Assembly (NCBI GenBank): GCA_011390785.1
Contig: JAABRR010000006.1
Location: 95,493-159,492 of the forward strand
DNA: 64,000 bases
Source of the DNA: Sphingobacteriia bacterium
GTDB taxonomy: Bacteria; Bacteroidota; Bacteroidia; Bacteroidales; UBA7960
Reading direction: 5' to 3'
The first letter of the stretch is position 1; the number at the start of each line of letters is the position of its first letter. The notes beneath the pieces were generated by a model, which was not told the origin of the DNA, did no database searches, and saw only the letters and a program-made list of their open reading frames with translations. A program made the translations under genes and the position numbers. Below, one piece after another: positions 48,782 through 59,392 of the stretch.

Positions 48782-49687
48782 ATGAAAAAATATAACTCTG
48801 GTTATTCATCTTTTTATTTCTCATTTTGTATTTTACTTACCACGATGTTGAGTCTGATAGCCTGTAATGAAGCTGGTAAAGATGATGAAAAAGAAAATAA
48901 AACGGAATTTTTTAACCCACTGGCAGCTTATCAAATCAGCGCGCCTGAAATAACGAAAATACAACCTGCTTTTATGCCCGATAAAACAAATGTAATAGGA
49001 AAACCAAGCAAAAGTGTAAGAGATTCATTATTAACAATTGTCCCCCAAACCTTAGCTACAAGAACGGGTATGCTGATTAACAAAGAAGCACTTGATGCAT
49101 TTCAACAGATGCACAACGCTGCCATGGATGATGGAATTGAATTAAAAATAATCTCCGCTTTTCGCGATTTCTCTCATCAAAAGCGTATCTGGGAAAATAA
49201 ATGGAATGGGATACAGGTGCTCAGTGGTAATATTAAAGCAACAGAAATTTCAGATCCCAACCAAAGAGCTCTCGAGATCCTTAAATACAGTGCTATGCCT
49301 GGAACATCACGGCACCATTGGGGTACGGACATCGACATCAATAGCCTTAACAACACCTATTTTGAAAACGGAAAAGGAAAAACAGAATATGATTGGCTTA
49401 GAGAAAATGCATCAAACTTTGGCTTTTGCCAACCTTACACACCCCGCGATCAAAGAAATAATAAAGGTTATGAAGAAGAGAAATGGCACTGGTCTTATAT
49501 GCCAGTAGCTGCGGTTTACTTGCAAATATTTGCCGATTCTGTTACTTATGCTGATCTTCAGGAATTCGACGGCTGGGAAACAGCCCAACAGCTCAACGCT
49601 ATTGAAAACTATGTTATGGCTATTGATATAAACTGTATCAGCTTTAAAAACAACTCCGACAATTTAATTTGGCAATTCAAAAAATAA
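48782..49687 (+). CDS. M15B (VanY-like) D-alanyl-D-alanine carboxypeptidase family lipoprotein
   Basis: 301-aa ORF with a lipobox (LSLIACNE) and zinc-ligand contexts SAFRDFSHQ, SRHHWGTDIDI and EKWHWSY. Confidence 0.8.
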   Translation: MKKYNSGYSSFYFSFCILLTTMLSLIACNEAGKDDEKENKTEFFNPLAAYQISAPEITKIQPAFMPDKTNVIGKPSKSVRDSLLTIVPQTLATRTGMLINKEALDAFQQMHNAAMDDGIELKIISAFRDFSHQKRIWENKWNGIQVLSGNIKATEISDPNQRALEILKYSAMPGTSRHHWGTDIDINSLNNTYFENGKGKTEYDWLRENASNFGFCQPYTPRDQRNNKGYEEEKWHWSYMPVAAVYLQIFADSVTYADLQEFDGWETAQQLNAIENYVMAIDINCISFKNNSDNLIWQFKK

Positions 49688-49706
49688 TCTCTAAAACGAA
49701 AAAACA

Positions 49707-50825
49707 ATGCAGGTAAGATTTGCTTTTTATGTAAAATTTGTAATAATTCTACTGGGATTAATACTCATCGTTGTTATTATGCGAGAAGCCAAAAGTATTT
49801 TGGTTCCCCTGCTCATTTCAGGATTATTGGCAATTCTTGTAAGCCCCTTAACTTCTTGGCTGGAAAAATGGAGATTCCCTAAAGCACTGGCCACCGGAAT
49901 AAGTTTGATATTACTTTTGGCAGTATTGGGTGGAATGGTGTTTTTCTTTTACAATCAGATAATACGTTTCACAAACGATTTTGGCATGTTGGAAAATCGT
50001 ATGCGCCACTATTTTGATTTACTCAATTCTTTTCTTGAAAACAATATTGAAGGAGCCGTGCCCCTTTCTGCCGATAACATACAGGATACCATTTTTTCTT
50101 ACCTATATTCTAATGCCAGCAGCCTAACACAGGGTCTTATGGCTACAGCCAGTACACTTACGGTAGTGTTTCTTATGCCGGTTTATATTTTCCTGTTCCT
50201 TTATTTCAGGAGATTTCTTATTGAATTTCTTTTAATGTCGTTTGATGAAAGATTTAAACCCAAAGTGCAAAAGGTAATACATAAGGTAAAGTTGGTAGTT
50301 CAAAACTATATTACAGGCATGTTTTGGGTAATATGTATTTTGGCGGTTCTCAACAGTATTGCACTCTATTCTTTGGGAATAAAACATGCTTTCCTTTTTG
50401 CTGCCTTTGCCGCCTTGCTTAATGTTATACCTTTTCTGGGGCCGTTTATTGGGGCCATTCTACCCATAACTTATGCCTTGCTTACCAAAGATTCTCTTTG
50501 GTATACCTTTGGGGTATTTCTCGCCTTTTATGTTATACAACTTATGGAAAGCAATCTTTTTACTCCAAAAATTGTGGGTGGAAAAGTATCTATGAATCCG
50601 CTTATGACCATTATAGCCCTGTTTGTAGGGAATTTCATCTGGGGATTGGCCGGTATGATCTTGTTCATTCCGGGAATGGCCATTTTAAAGGTAATTTTTG
50701 ACGAGGTTGAAGGAATGGAAGCTTATGGATTTTTACTGGGTGATACCGGTGCATCCCAAAAGAAAACCAATCGTGGATCGTTAAAAGAACAAATTACCAA
50801 AGTAAGGGGTCGGTTTAGATTATGA
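49707..50825 (+). CDS. AI-2E (PerM/YhhT) family transporter
   Basis: 372-aa polytopic membrane ORF with the conserved segment NVIPFLGPFIGAILP typical of the family. Confidence 0.75.
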   Translation: MQVRFAFYVKFVIILLGLILIVVIMREAKSILVPLLISGLLAILVSPLTSWLEKWRFPKALATGISLILLLAVLGGMVFFFYNQIIRFTNDFGMLENRMRHYFDLLNSFLENNIEGAVPLSADNIQDTIFSYLYSNASSLTQGLMATASTLTVVFLMPVYIFLFLYFRRFLIEFLLMSFDERFKPKVQKVIHKVKLVVQNYITGMFWVICILAVLNSIALYSLGIKHAFLFAAFAALLNVIPFLGPFIGAILPITYALLTKDSLWYTFGVFLAFYVIQLMESNLFTPKIVGGKVSMNPLMTIIALFVGNFIWGLAGMILFIPGMAILKVIFDEVEGMEAYGFLLGDTGASQKKTNRGSLKEQITKVRGRFRL

Positions 50826-50871
50826 AATATACAGCCCAAACGCGGGCACAATCAAAATAATATTCCAATAG

Positions 50872-50911
50872 AATACCCAATAAAACCACATCATCAGTTT
50901 TATTGGGTATT
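50872..50911. terminator. Bidirectional terminator between convergent AI-2E permease and gdh genes
   Basis: Perfect 15-bp stem AATACCCAATAAAAC (50872-50886) / GTTTTATTGGGTATT (50897-50911) with a 10-nt loop. Confidence 0.7.
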
Positions 50912-50960
50912 ATAATGAAAACAAAATCCTTTAAAAAAACCCTCTGTTTCAGGTTTTATT

Positions 50961-52334
<1,374 letters not shown>

Positions 52335-52522
52335 TTAGATGCAATTTTACCTTTTTTCATCAGGGAAAAATCATTTTTGAAAAAAGATTTATTTTTTCCT
52401 TTTTTCTTGTTTATTCCAAAAATTAAATGTATAAAGAAATATATGTCAAAAAAGGCTTCCGGATAGCTTTAAATTACTATTTTTAGCCTTGTTTAGAAAA
52501 TAAAATTGCCAAAACACAAACT

Positions 52523-55500
52523 ATGCAGGACTCGTCAGATAACAACCATGGAAATATGAATGATAACCTTTCTGATGATATGGTAAACAACATCATCATA
52601 AGCCAGGAAGAGATTCAAAAACTAATTGCTGAAAAACGAGAAAGACTCAAAGAACTGGGAGCTATCAACCAGGCCACCAGAATTTTAAAGCAGGAGCACC
52701 CGATAGACGAGATGTTGGCCGAAATTGTTAAAATATTGCCTCCTGCGTGGCAATACCCAAAAGATACGGTAGCACGTATAAAATATGGCAAAAATTCTTT
52801 TGTAAGCAACGAAAAATTCAAAACCAGTGAGTGGCGTCAGAAAAAATTTTTTCAAACCATCGACGGCACCGAAGGGTTAATTGAGATATATTATCTTTCC
52901 AAACACCCCGATTCTGATGAAGGCCCTTTCCTGGCAGAAGAAAGAGATCTTATAAACAACCTTAGCAGCATCATTTCCGGATATTTAAATACATCAATTG
53001 GAAAAAACCTTTTGCACCAAACCGTAAATATAAAAAAACCTTCACCGTACAAATCCATCCCAGATAAAACATCCCCCCATCAGGAAGCTCTCCATCATTC
53101 TGCCGAGTATCTGAGTAGCGATAAAGAGTCGTTTTTCAGTGATAAGGAGTTGGCTGAATTAAAAGCGGAAGAAGAACACGCGCAGATGAGTCGTCAGCTG
53201 CTTCAGAAATTCCTGGTAAAACACAATTCAGACAAAGATATCTACCACGACCTTATGCAATATAAAGTACGCGAAATATTGCTCGTGGCAAATTTATACG
53301 ATGCCTATATTATTGAGCAGGAAGGCCGCTTTTTTGAGCAGGTAACCGGCGAATACTATCAGCTGAGTCTTTCATCTGCACCCCGGATTACAGGTGTTTC
53401 AACACCTGAAGAAGCTTTGGAAAAACTGCAATCTAAGCATTTCGACCTGGTAATTGTAATGATGGGGGTAGATAAATATATGCCCATTCAATTGAGCAGG
53501 GTTATTAAAAAGATCTACCATAATATTCCCATTTTTCTGTTGCTTAATAACAATAGCGACATAGGCCTGTTTGAAGATGGCAGCAAGAATATTGGCCCTA
53601 TCGATAAGGTTTTTGTTTGGAATGGCGATTCGAATGTTTTCCTTGCCATGGTTAAATACATTGAAGACCGCATGAATGTTGAAAACGATATCAACATTGG
53701 TATGGTGAGGGTAATTTTGCTGGTAGAAGATTCGGCACGCTACTACTCAAGATACCTGCCCATTTTATATTCTATTGTTATTGAGCAAACCCAGCGGCTT
53801 ATTGAAGAAGTAAATACCGACGAATTGTATAAGCTTTTAAAAATGCGCGTTCGGCCAAAAATCCTACTGGCAAGCAATTATAAGGAAGCCCTTACATTGT
53901 TTGATAAATACCGCGATAATCTTTTATGCCTGATTTCTGATGTAAAGTTTGAAAAAAACGGGAAATTAGACGATGCGGCCGGTCTAAGCCTGGTGGGCTA
54001 CGCGAAAGACCAGATGCCCGAATTACCCGTAGTATTACAATCTTCAGACCCCGAAAACGCTCACAAAGCCTATCTGCTTAAATCAACCTTTATCAATAAA
54101 AATTCGGAAACGCTCAAACAGGATCTCCGGAGCTTTATCAATTATTACCTGGGATTTGGGAATTTCGTTTACCGCGATGAGGAAGGCAGGAAAGAAATTG
54201 CGGTAGCCCGGTCGATGAAAGAATTCCAGGGTCATCTGAAATACATTCCTGAAAAATCTATTATTTATCATGCGCGCAAAAACCATTTCTCGCACTGGCT
54301 CATGGCAAGAGGAGAAATTCAGATAGCCAAAAAGATTAAACCCCTAAAGGTAGAAGACTTTGTAAATCCAGGCTCAGTCAGGGAATATATGATTAGTATT
54401 ATCGAAACATGCATCCGTGACAGGCAAAAAGGTAAAGTGGTCAACTTTGAAGAATCTGCCTTACTCGACGAATCAAATGTAGTAAGCATGGCCCCTGGTT
54501 CACTGGGCGGAAAAGGCCGTGGACTGGCCTTTATCTGTATGCTGATCAATAATTTTTCGTTCAATGAAATTCTAACTGACATAAGAATCAGATCGCCCCG
54601 AACATCTGTTATCGGCACAGAAGAATTTGAGCAATTTATGCGCAATAATGATCTCTATGAAAAAATAAAGAAAGAGACCAATTTTAAAAATGTTCAGAAA
54701 ATATTTACTCAGGCAAGCCTTTCATTTAGCCTGATTAAAAGACTAAAAACCTATCTCAGCGTAATTAAAAATCCACTGGCAATACGCTCATCAAGCCTTT
54801 TTGAAGATTCGTTGATGCAACCTTTTGCCGGAATTTTCGATACTTTTCTCCTTCCCAACAACCACCACGACCTCAATGAACGCCTTAACCAAACCATGGA
54901 CGCTATAAAACTGGTTTTTGCTTCCATTTTTTCACCCACCGCGCAAACTTATTTTAAGGCAGTCAATTATAAAATTGAAGAAGAGAAAATGGCTGTTATA
55001 ATACAAGAAGTAGTAGGCAATCAGAACGATAGCTATTTCTATCCACATATCAGCGGTGTGGCACAATCTTATAATTTTTATCCTTTTTCTTACATGAAGC
55101 CCGACGAAGGATTTGCTGTGGCAGCAGTTGGACTGGGAAAATATGTTGTAGAAGGGGAAAAAACATATCGTTTCTCACCGGTACATCCTCAACTCGAAAT
55201 CTACACGCCCAAAGACTTGTTTAAAAATTCGCAGCTGCATTACTACGCCATCAATATGGGCCGCGAAAGTATCAACCTGCTCGATGGCGAAGATGCCGGC
55301 CTGATAAAACTCGATATCGATATGGCCGAAAAACATGGTACACTGAAACATTGTGCTTCTGTTTACGATATTTCAAACGAAAGCACTGTGCCGGGATTAA
55401 CACAGCCAGGTCCACGGGTGATAAACTTTGCCAATATTCTGAAATACGATTACATACCCATGGCAAAAACCCTGGAGGTAATACTTGATATTGTCTCAGA

Positions 55501-56194
55501 AGCAATGGGCTCGCCCATCGAAATAGAATTTGCCATAGACCTTAACAAAGACAAAGATGGCAGGGCATCATTTTACCTGCTGCAAATAAAACCACTTATA
55601 AAAAACATTATTGATAATGATATCAGCCTTGACAAGATTGACAATAATCGTCTCCTGCTTTATTCCGAAAATGGCATGGGAAACGGAAAAATAACCGACA
55701 TATACGATGTAATCTACATTGACATGGATCGGTTTAACAAGTTAAAGACCGAAAAAATGCGCGACGAGATAGAAAATCTAAACCAGGAAATGATCAGGCA
55801 GAAAAGGAAATATATTCTAATTGGCCCGGGAAGATGGGGCACGCGCGATCGGTTTATAGGCATACCAGTCAACTGGTCTAACATTTCCAATGCAAAAATT
55901 ATTGTGGAAGTGAGCATGGAAGATTTTCCCCTTGATGCTTCGCTGGGTTCCCATTTCTTCCATAATGTAATATCAATGAATGTGGGCTACTTCTCCGTAA
56001 AACACAATGCTCTTATCGACTATATAAACTGGGATGTGCTTAAAAATTCAACCCTTATTACACAAACACAGTATTTCAGGCATGTTCGGTTCACCAACCC
56101 ACTCGAAATTATTATGGATGGGAAAAAGAGAGCATCGCTGGTCTATTTTAACGAAGAAAACGAAGTAAGTCAATCGAATCCGGAAGTCAAATAG
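52523..56194 (+). CDS. Sensor-module + pseudo-receiver + receiver (REC) + PPDK_N-type ATP-grasp protein with a short His-bearing C-terminal module; no PEP/pyruvate TIM-barrel (paralogue 1)
   Basis: 1223-aa ORF. aa ~30-155 is a GAF-like sensory module (GLIEIYYLSKHPDSDEGPFLAEERDLINNLSS). aa ~248-385 is receiver-like but lacks the acidic pocket (ILLVANLYD, DLVIVMMGV). aa ~395-530 is a canonical REC (ILLVEDS, LISD473V, VVLQSS, FINK). aa ~656-1025 is a PEP-synthase/PPDK N-terminal nucleotide-binding domain (GSLGGKGRGLAF, AIRSSSLFEDS, VIIQEVVG, FYLLQIKPL). The C-terminal ~190 aa carry ILIGPGRWGTRDRFIGIPV and GSH1144FFHN. Confidence 0.7.
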   Translation: MQDSSDNNHGNMNDNLSDDMVNNIIISQEEIQKLIAEKRERLKELGAINQATRILKQEHPIDEMLAEIVKILPPAWQYPKDTVARIKYGKNSFVSNEKFKTSEWRQKKFFQTIDGTEGLIEIYYLSKHPDSDEGPFLAEERDLINNLSSIISGYLNTSIGKNLLHQTVNIKKPSPYKSIPDKTSPHQEALHHSAEYLSSDKESFFSDKELAELKAEEEHAQMSRQLLQKFLVKHNSDKDIYHDLMQYKVREILLVANLYDAYIIEQEGRFFEQVTGEYYQLSLSSAPRITGVSTPEEALEKLQSKHFDLVIVMMGVDKYMPIQLSRVIKKIYHNIPIFLLLNNNSDIGLFEDGSKNIGPIDKVFVWNGDSNVFLAMVKYIEDRMNVENDINIGMVRVILLVEDSARYYSRYLPILYSIVIEQTQRLIEEVNTDELYKLLKMRVRPKILLASNYKEALTLFDKYRDNLLCLISDVKFEKNGKLDDAAGLSLVGYAKDQMPELPVVLQSSDPENAHKAYLLKSTFINKNSETLKQDLRSFINYYLGFGNFVYRDEEGRKEIAVARSMKEFQGHLKYIPEKSIIYHARKNHFSHWLMARGEIQIAKKIKPLKVEDFVNPGSVREYMISIIETCIRDRQKGKVVNFEESALLDESNVVSMAPGSLGGKGRGLAFICMLINNFSFNEILTDIRIRSPRTSVIGTEEFEQFMRNNDLYEKIKKETNFKNVQKIFTQASLSFSLIKRLKTYLSVIKNPLAIRSSSLFEDSLMQPFAGIFDTFLLPNNHHDLNERLNQTMDAIKLVFASIFSPTAQTYFKAVNYKIEEEKMAVIIQEVVGNQNDSYFYPHISGVAQSYNFYPFSYMKPDEGFAVAAVGLGKYVVEGEKTYRFSPVHPQLEIYTPKDLFKNSQLHYYAINMGRESINLLDGEDAGLIKLDIDMAEKHGTLKHCASVYDISNESTVPGLTQPGPRVINFANILKYDYIPMAKTLEVILDIVSEAMGSPIEIEFAIDLNKDKDGRASFYLLQIKPLIKNIIDNDISLDKIDNNRLLLYSENGMGNGKITDIYDVIYIDMDRFNKLKTEKMRDEIENLNQEMIRQKRKYILIGPGRWGTRDRFIGIPVNWSNISNAKIIVEVSMEDFPLDASLGSHFFHNVISMNVGYFSVKHNALIDYINWDVLKNSTLITQTQYFRHVRFTNPLEIIMDGKKRASLVYFNEENEVSQSNPEVK

Positions 56195-56219
56195 TAAATA
56201 CAGATAACCCTTAAATAAC

Positions 56220-59200
56220 ATGGAAGATAACACCATACATATTGACGAATCGAGATCCAAATACAAATACAACGAGCTATTTTCAACAGACAGGCACGAG
56301 TTCAGCGAGATATCATATCAGGACCTAATGCAGGAACGTATCATTAACGTACTGCTGATCTGCTCTAACTACGATGCTTTTATGCTGGAAGAAGACGGCC
56401 GTATTAACGAAAGAATTTTCCTGGAATACACATCTAAGAACCTTCGCTACCCGCCCCAATTCACCCATGCCTACTCATCTGAAGTAGCTTTTGACCTGCT
56501 GGAAAAGAAAAAATTCGATTTGGTTATTACCATGCTTAATGTGGGTAAGATCGATGCCTTTGAAATGGCAAAAAAAGTAAAACGGCGCTTTACCAATATT
56601 CCCATTGTAGTGCTGACGCACTTTTCGCGCGAAGTAACCCTGAAACTAGCCAACGAAGACCTTAGCTCTATTGATTACGTTTTCTGCTGGCTGGGAAATC
56701 CTGGCTTATTGCTTGCTATCATAAAGCTTCTTGAAGATAAAATGAATGCCGATTTTGATGTGGATAAAAAGGGAGTGCAGGCTATTTTACTTGTTGAAGA
56801 CTCTATCCGATATTACTCATCCTATCTGCCCACCATTTACCAGGCTATTTTTGAGCAAACCAACGAGTTGATGACAGAAGGGCTTAATGAACACCGCAAA
56901 ACCTTACGTATGCGGGCGCGTCCCAAGATCCTGCTGGCCAAAACATTTAATGATGCGGTGGCACTCTATAAAAAATATAAACATAATTTACTGGGAATCA
57001 TTTCAGACGTAAGCTATTACCGGGATGGCCATAAAGACAAAGAGGCCGGAATAAAGCTGGCCAGGCTTGTTAGGGATGAAGGCAATAAAATACCCGTATT
57101 GTTGCAATCATCGCAGGAATGGGACCCTACATTTATGCAGGAACTGGGGGTAAGTTTCATAAACAAATACTCTAAAACGCTATTGGTAGAGCTGAAGCAT
57201 TATATAAAAGAAAATTATGGCTTCGGCGATTTTGTGTTCCGCGATCCGCTAAGCGATATGGAGATAGACCGTGCCAACAACCTGCACTCTCTACAGGTAA
57301 AAATTTCGAAGATAGAGCCCAAATCACTGATGTACCATGTTAACAACAATCACTTTTCAAGATGGCTTAAAGCAAGGGCCCTGTTTTCTATTGCCGAAGT
57401 ATTTTCTCAAAAAAGTACCGACGATTTTAACAACATTGAAGAAATTCGTAGTTACCTTATCGATACCATTGCCAACTACCGTAAAACCAAGGGTCGCGGC
57501 ATTATTGCCAGTCATATTGATGAATATGCTATTTTTACCCGCCTGGGAGATGGCCAGCTGGGCGGCAAAGCACGGGGCCTGGCTTTTATTGATTCATTTA
57601 TCAATAAAAACAAATTGATGTTTCACTGGGAAGATGTAATGGTTACCATACCCCGAACTGTGGTTCTTACTACTGATTTGTTTGATGAATTTATGGAAGA
57701 GAATGAACTCTACAGCTTTGCCCTTTCAGATGTTACAGATGAGCAGGTTATAGAACAGTTTAGCAATGCCGCTACCCCTACCCGACTGCGAAAACATGTG
57801 GAAGAAATATGCGAAGCCATCAAATCTCCTTTGGCAGTGCGCTCGTCAAGCCTTCTTGAAGACAGCCACTACCAGCCATTTGCAGGTGTTTACTCCACCT
57901 TTATGATTCCCAACAATCACTTCGATTTTCGCATCAGGCATTTTCAACTCGAACAGGCCATTAAGTGCGTTTATGCATCCGTTTTCTTCAAAGAAAGTAA
58001 AGCCTACATTGCTGCAACTTCCAATGTAATAGACGAAGAAAAAATGGGAGTGGTGATACAGGAAGTTTCTGGCCGAAGTTATGGAAACCGCTTTTATCCG
58101 GCCATTTCTGGTGTGGCACGATCTATAAATTTTTATCCCATAGAACCCGAGAAATATGAAGATGGAATAGCCAACATTGCCTTTGGCCTGGGAAAAACCA
58201 TTGTGGAAGGAGGAATATCCATGCGGTTTTGCCCCAAATACCCGCAAAAAGTACTTCAACTCTCTGTTCCGGAGTTGGCCCTTACAGATAGCCAGAAAGA
58301 ATTTTACGCCCTCGATCTCGACCCTGAAAAATTCCACTCATCAACTGATGATACCGTAAACCTTCACAAGCTGCGTATTAAACATGCAGAAAATGATAAA
58401 GCCCTGAAATTTGTGGCCTCTACGTTCGATTATCAGGATCAGATCATCAGAGATGGCATGTATGAAGGAGGTAAAAAAATTATAACCTTTGCCAATATCT
58501 TAAAATACAATGCCTTTCCCCTGGCAGATATCCTGCAGAAAATACTCAAAACCGGCCAGCAGGAAATGAACAACCAGGTAGAAATCGAATTTTCTGTAAA
58601 CCTTGATACACCCGATAATCAACCACAGATATTCCATTTTCTTCAAATAAGGCCCGTTGTGGAAACACAGGAAAAAAACCTTGTTAATCTTGATGATCAT
58701 AACAACGAAGAAACCATCGTTTTTAGCCAAAATGCCCTGGGAAACGGAATGATAGATAATATTTACGATATTGTTTATGTTAAACCCAATACTTTTGACC
58801 CGGCACATACCAAATCCATTGCCCTTACCATTGATAAGCTCAATTCAAAATTTACAGAAAATAAGAAAAACTATATCCTTATCGGGCCGGGGAGGTGGGG
58901 TTCAAGCGACCCGTGGTTGGGAATTCCTGTTAAATGGTCGCAAATATCTGCCGCTCAACTTATTATTGAAGCTGGTTTAAAAAATTTCCAGATAGACCCC
59001 AGCCAGGGAACCCACTTTTTTCAAAACCTGACATCATTCAACGTAGGATATTTTACCATCAACCCATTTAATAAAGATGGATATTACGATGTAGATTATC
59101 TTGCCGGTCAACCCGCAATTTTTGAAGATGATTTTGTAAAACATGTCAGATTTCAGCACCCTGCTATCATAAAAATTGATGGAAGGAAGAAAAAAGGAAT

Positions 59201-59252
59201 TATCTATAAACCTGTTGATTTACAGAATGATAGAAGCGATCAAAACGAATAA
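56220..59252 (+). CDS. Pseudo-receiver + receiver (REC) + PPDK_N-type ATP-grasp protein with a short His-bearing C-terminal module (paralogue 2, no N-terminal sensor)
   Basis: 1010-aa ORF starting 25 nt after paralogue 1. It is collinear with paralogue 1 from its pseudo-REC onward (roughly 35-45 percent identity by eye). Matching segments: LLICSNYD / DLVITMLNV (pseudo-REC); ILLVEDS, IISD263V, VLLQSS, FINK (REC); GQLGGKARGLAF, AVRSSSLLEDS, VVIQEVSG, FHFLQIRPV (ATP-grasp); ILIGPGRWGSSDPWLGIPV and QGTH932FFQN (C-terminal module). Confidence 0.7.
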   Translation: MEDNTIHIDESRSKYKYNELFSTDRHEFSEISYQDLMQERIINVLLICSNYDAFMLEEDGRINERIFLEYTSKNLRYPPQFTHAYSSEVAFDLLEKKKFDLVITMLNVGKIDAFEMAKKVKRRFTNIPIVVLTHFSREVTLKLANEDLSSIDYVFCWLGNPGLLLAIIKLLEDKMNADFDVDKKGVQAILLVEDSIRYYSSYLPTIYQAIFEQTNELMTEGLNEHRKTLRMRARPKILLAKTFNDAVALYKKYKHNLLGIISDVSYYRDGHKDKEAGIKLARLVRDEGNKIPVLLQSSQEWDPTFMQELGVSFINKYSKTLLVELKHYIKENYGFGDFVFRDPLSDMEIDRANNLHSLQVKISKIEPKSLMYHVNNNHFSRWLKARALFSIAEVFSQKSTDDFNNIEEIRSYLIDTIANYRKTKGRGIIASHIDEYAIFTRLGDGQLGGKARGLAFIDSFINKNKLMFHWEDVMVTIPRTVVLTTDLFDEFMEENELYSFALSDVTDEQVIEQFSNAATPTRLRKHVEEICEAIKSPLAVRSSSLLEDSHYQPFAGVYSTFMIPNNHFDFRIRHFQLEQAIKCVYASVFFKESKAYIAATSNVIDEEKMGVVIQEVSGRSYGNRFYPAISGVARSINFYPIEPEKYEDGIANIAFGLGKTIVEGGISMRFCPKYPQKVLQLSVPELALTDSQKEFYALDLDPEKFHSSTDDTVNLHKLRIKHAENDKALKFVASTFDYQDQIIRDGMYEGGKKIITFANILKYNAFPLADILQKILKTGQQEMNNQVEIEFSVNLDTPDNQPQIFHFLQIRPVVETQEKNLVNLDDHNNEETIVFSQNALGNGMIDNIYDIVYVKPNTFDPAHTKSIALTIDKLNSKFTENKKNYILIGPGRWGSSDPWLGIPVKWSQISAAQLIIEAGLKNFQIDPSQGTHFFQNLTSFNVGYFTINPFNKDGYYDVDYLAGQPAIFEDDFVKHVRFQHPAIIKIDGRKKKGIIYKPVDLQNDRSDQNE

Positions 59253-59392
59253 AAACGAGATTATGAAAATGCAAAAATATTTTAATATTTTGCTTTGCCA
59301 ATCAGTAAAATAAGTCTAATTTCGCCCTGAATATTAAAACATATTTTATATCAATCACCCTTTTATTAAACACATTTAAAACTAATTTACCT

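Noticed and set aside
57846-58337. 163-aa minus-strand ORF inside paralogue P2. Similar antisense ORFs lie in P1 (54319-54645) and in the SGNH/TPR gene (2759-3259).
   Set aside because: They are antisense to frames with strong conserved motifs. They have no start context, signal or motif of their own.
52523-59252. Annotating P1/P2 simply as phosphoenolpyruvate synthase or pyruvate phosphate dikinase
   Set aside because: Only the N-terminal nucleotide-binding (PPDK_N) domain of those enzymes is present. The canonical GGxTSHAAI swivel motif and the whole C-terminal PEP/pyruvate TIM-barrel are missing. About 400-650 residues are receiver/sensor domains instead.
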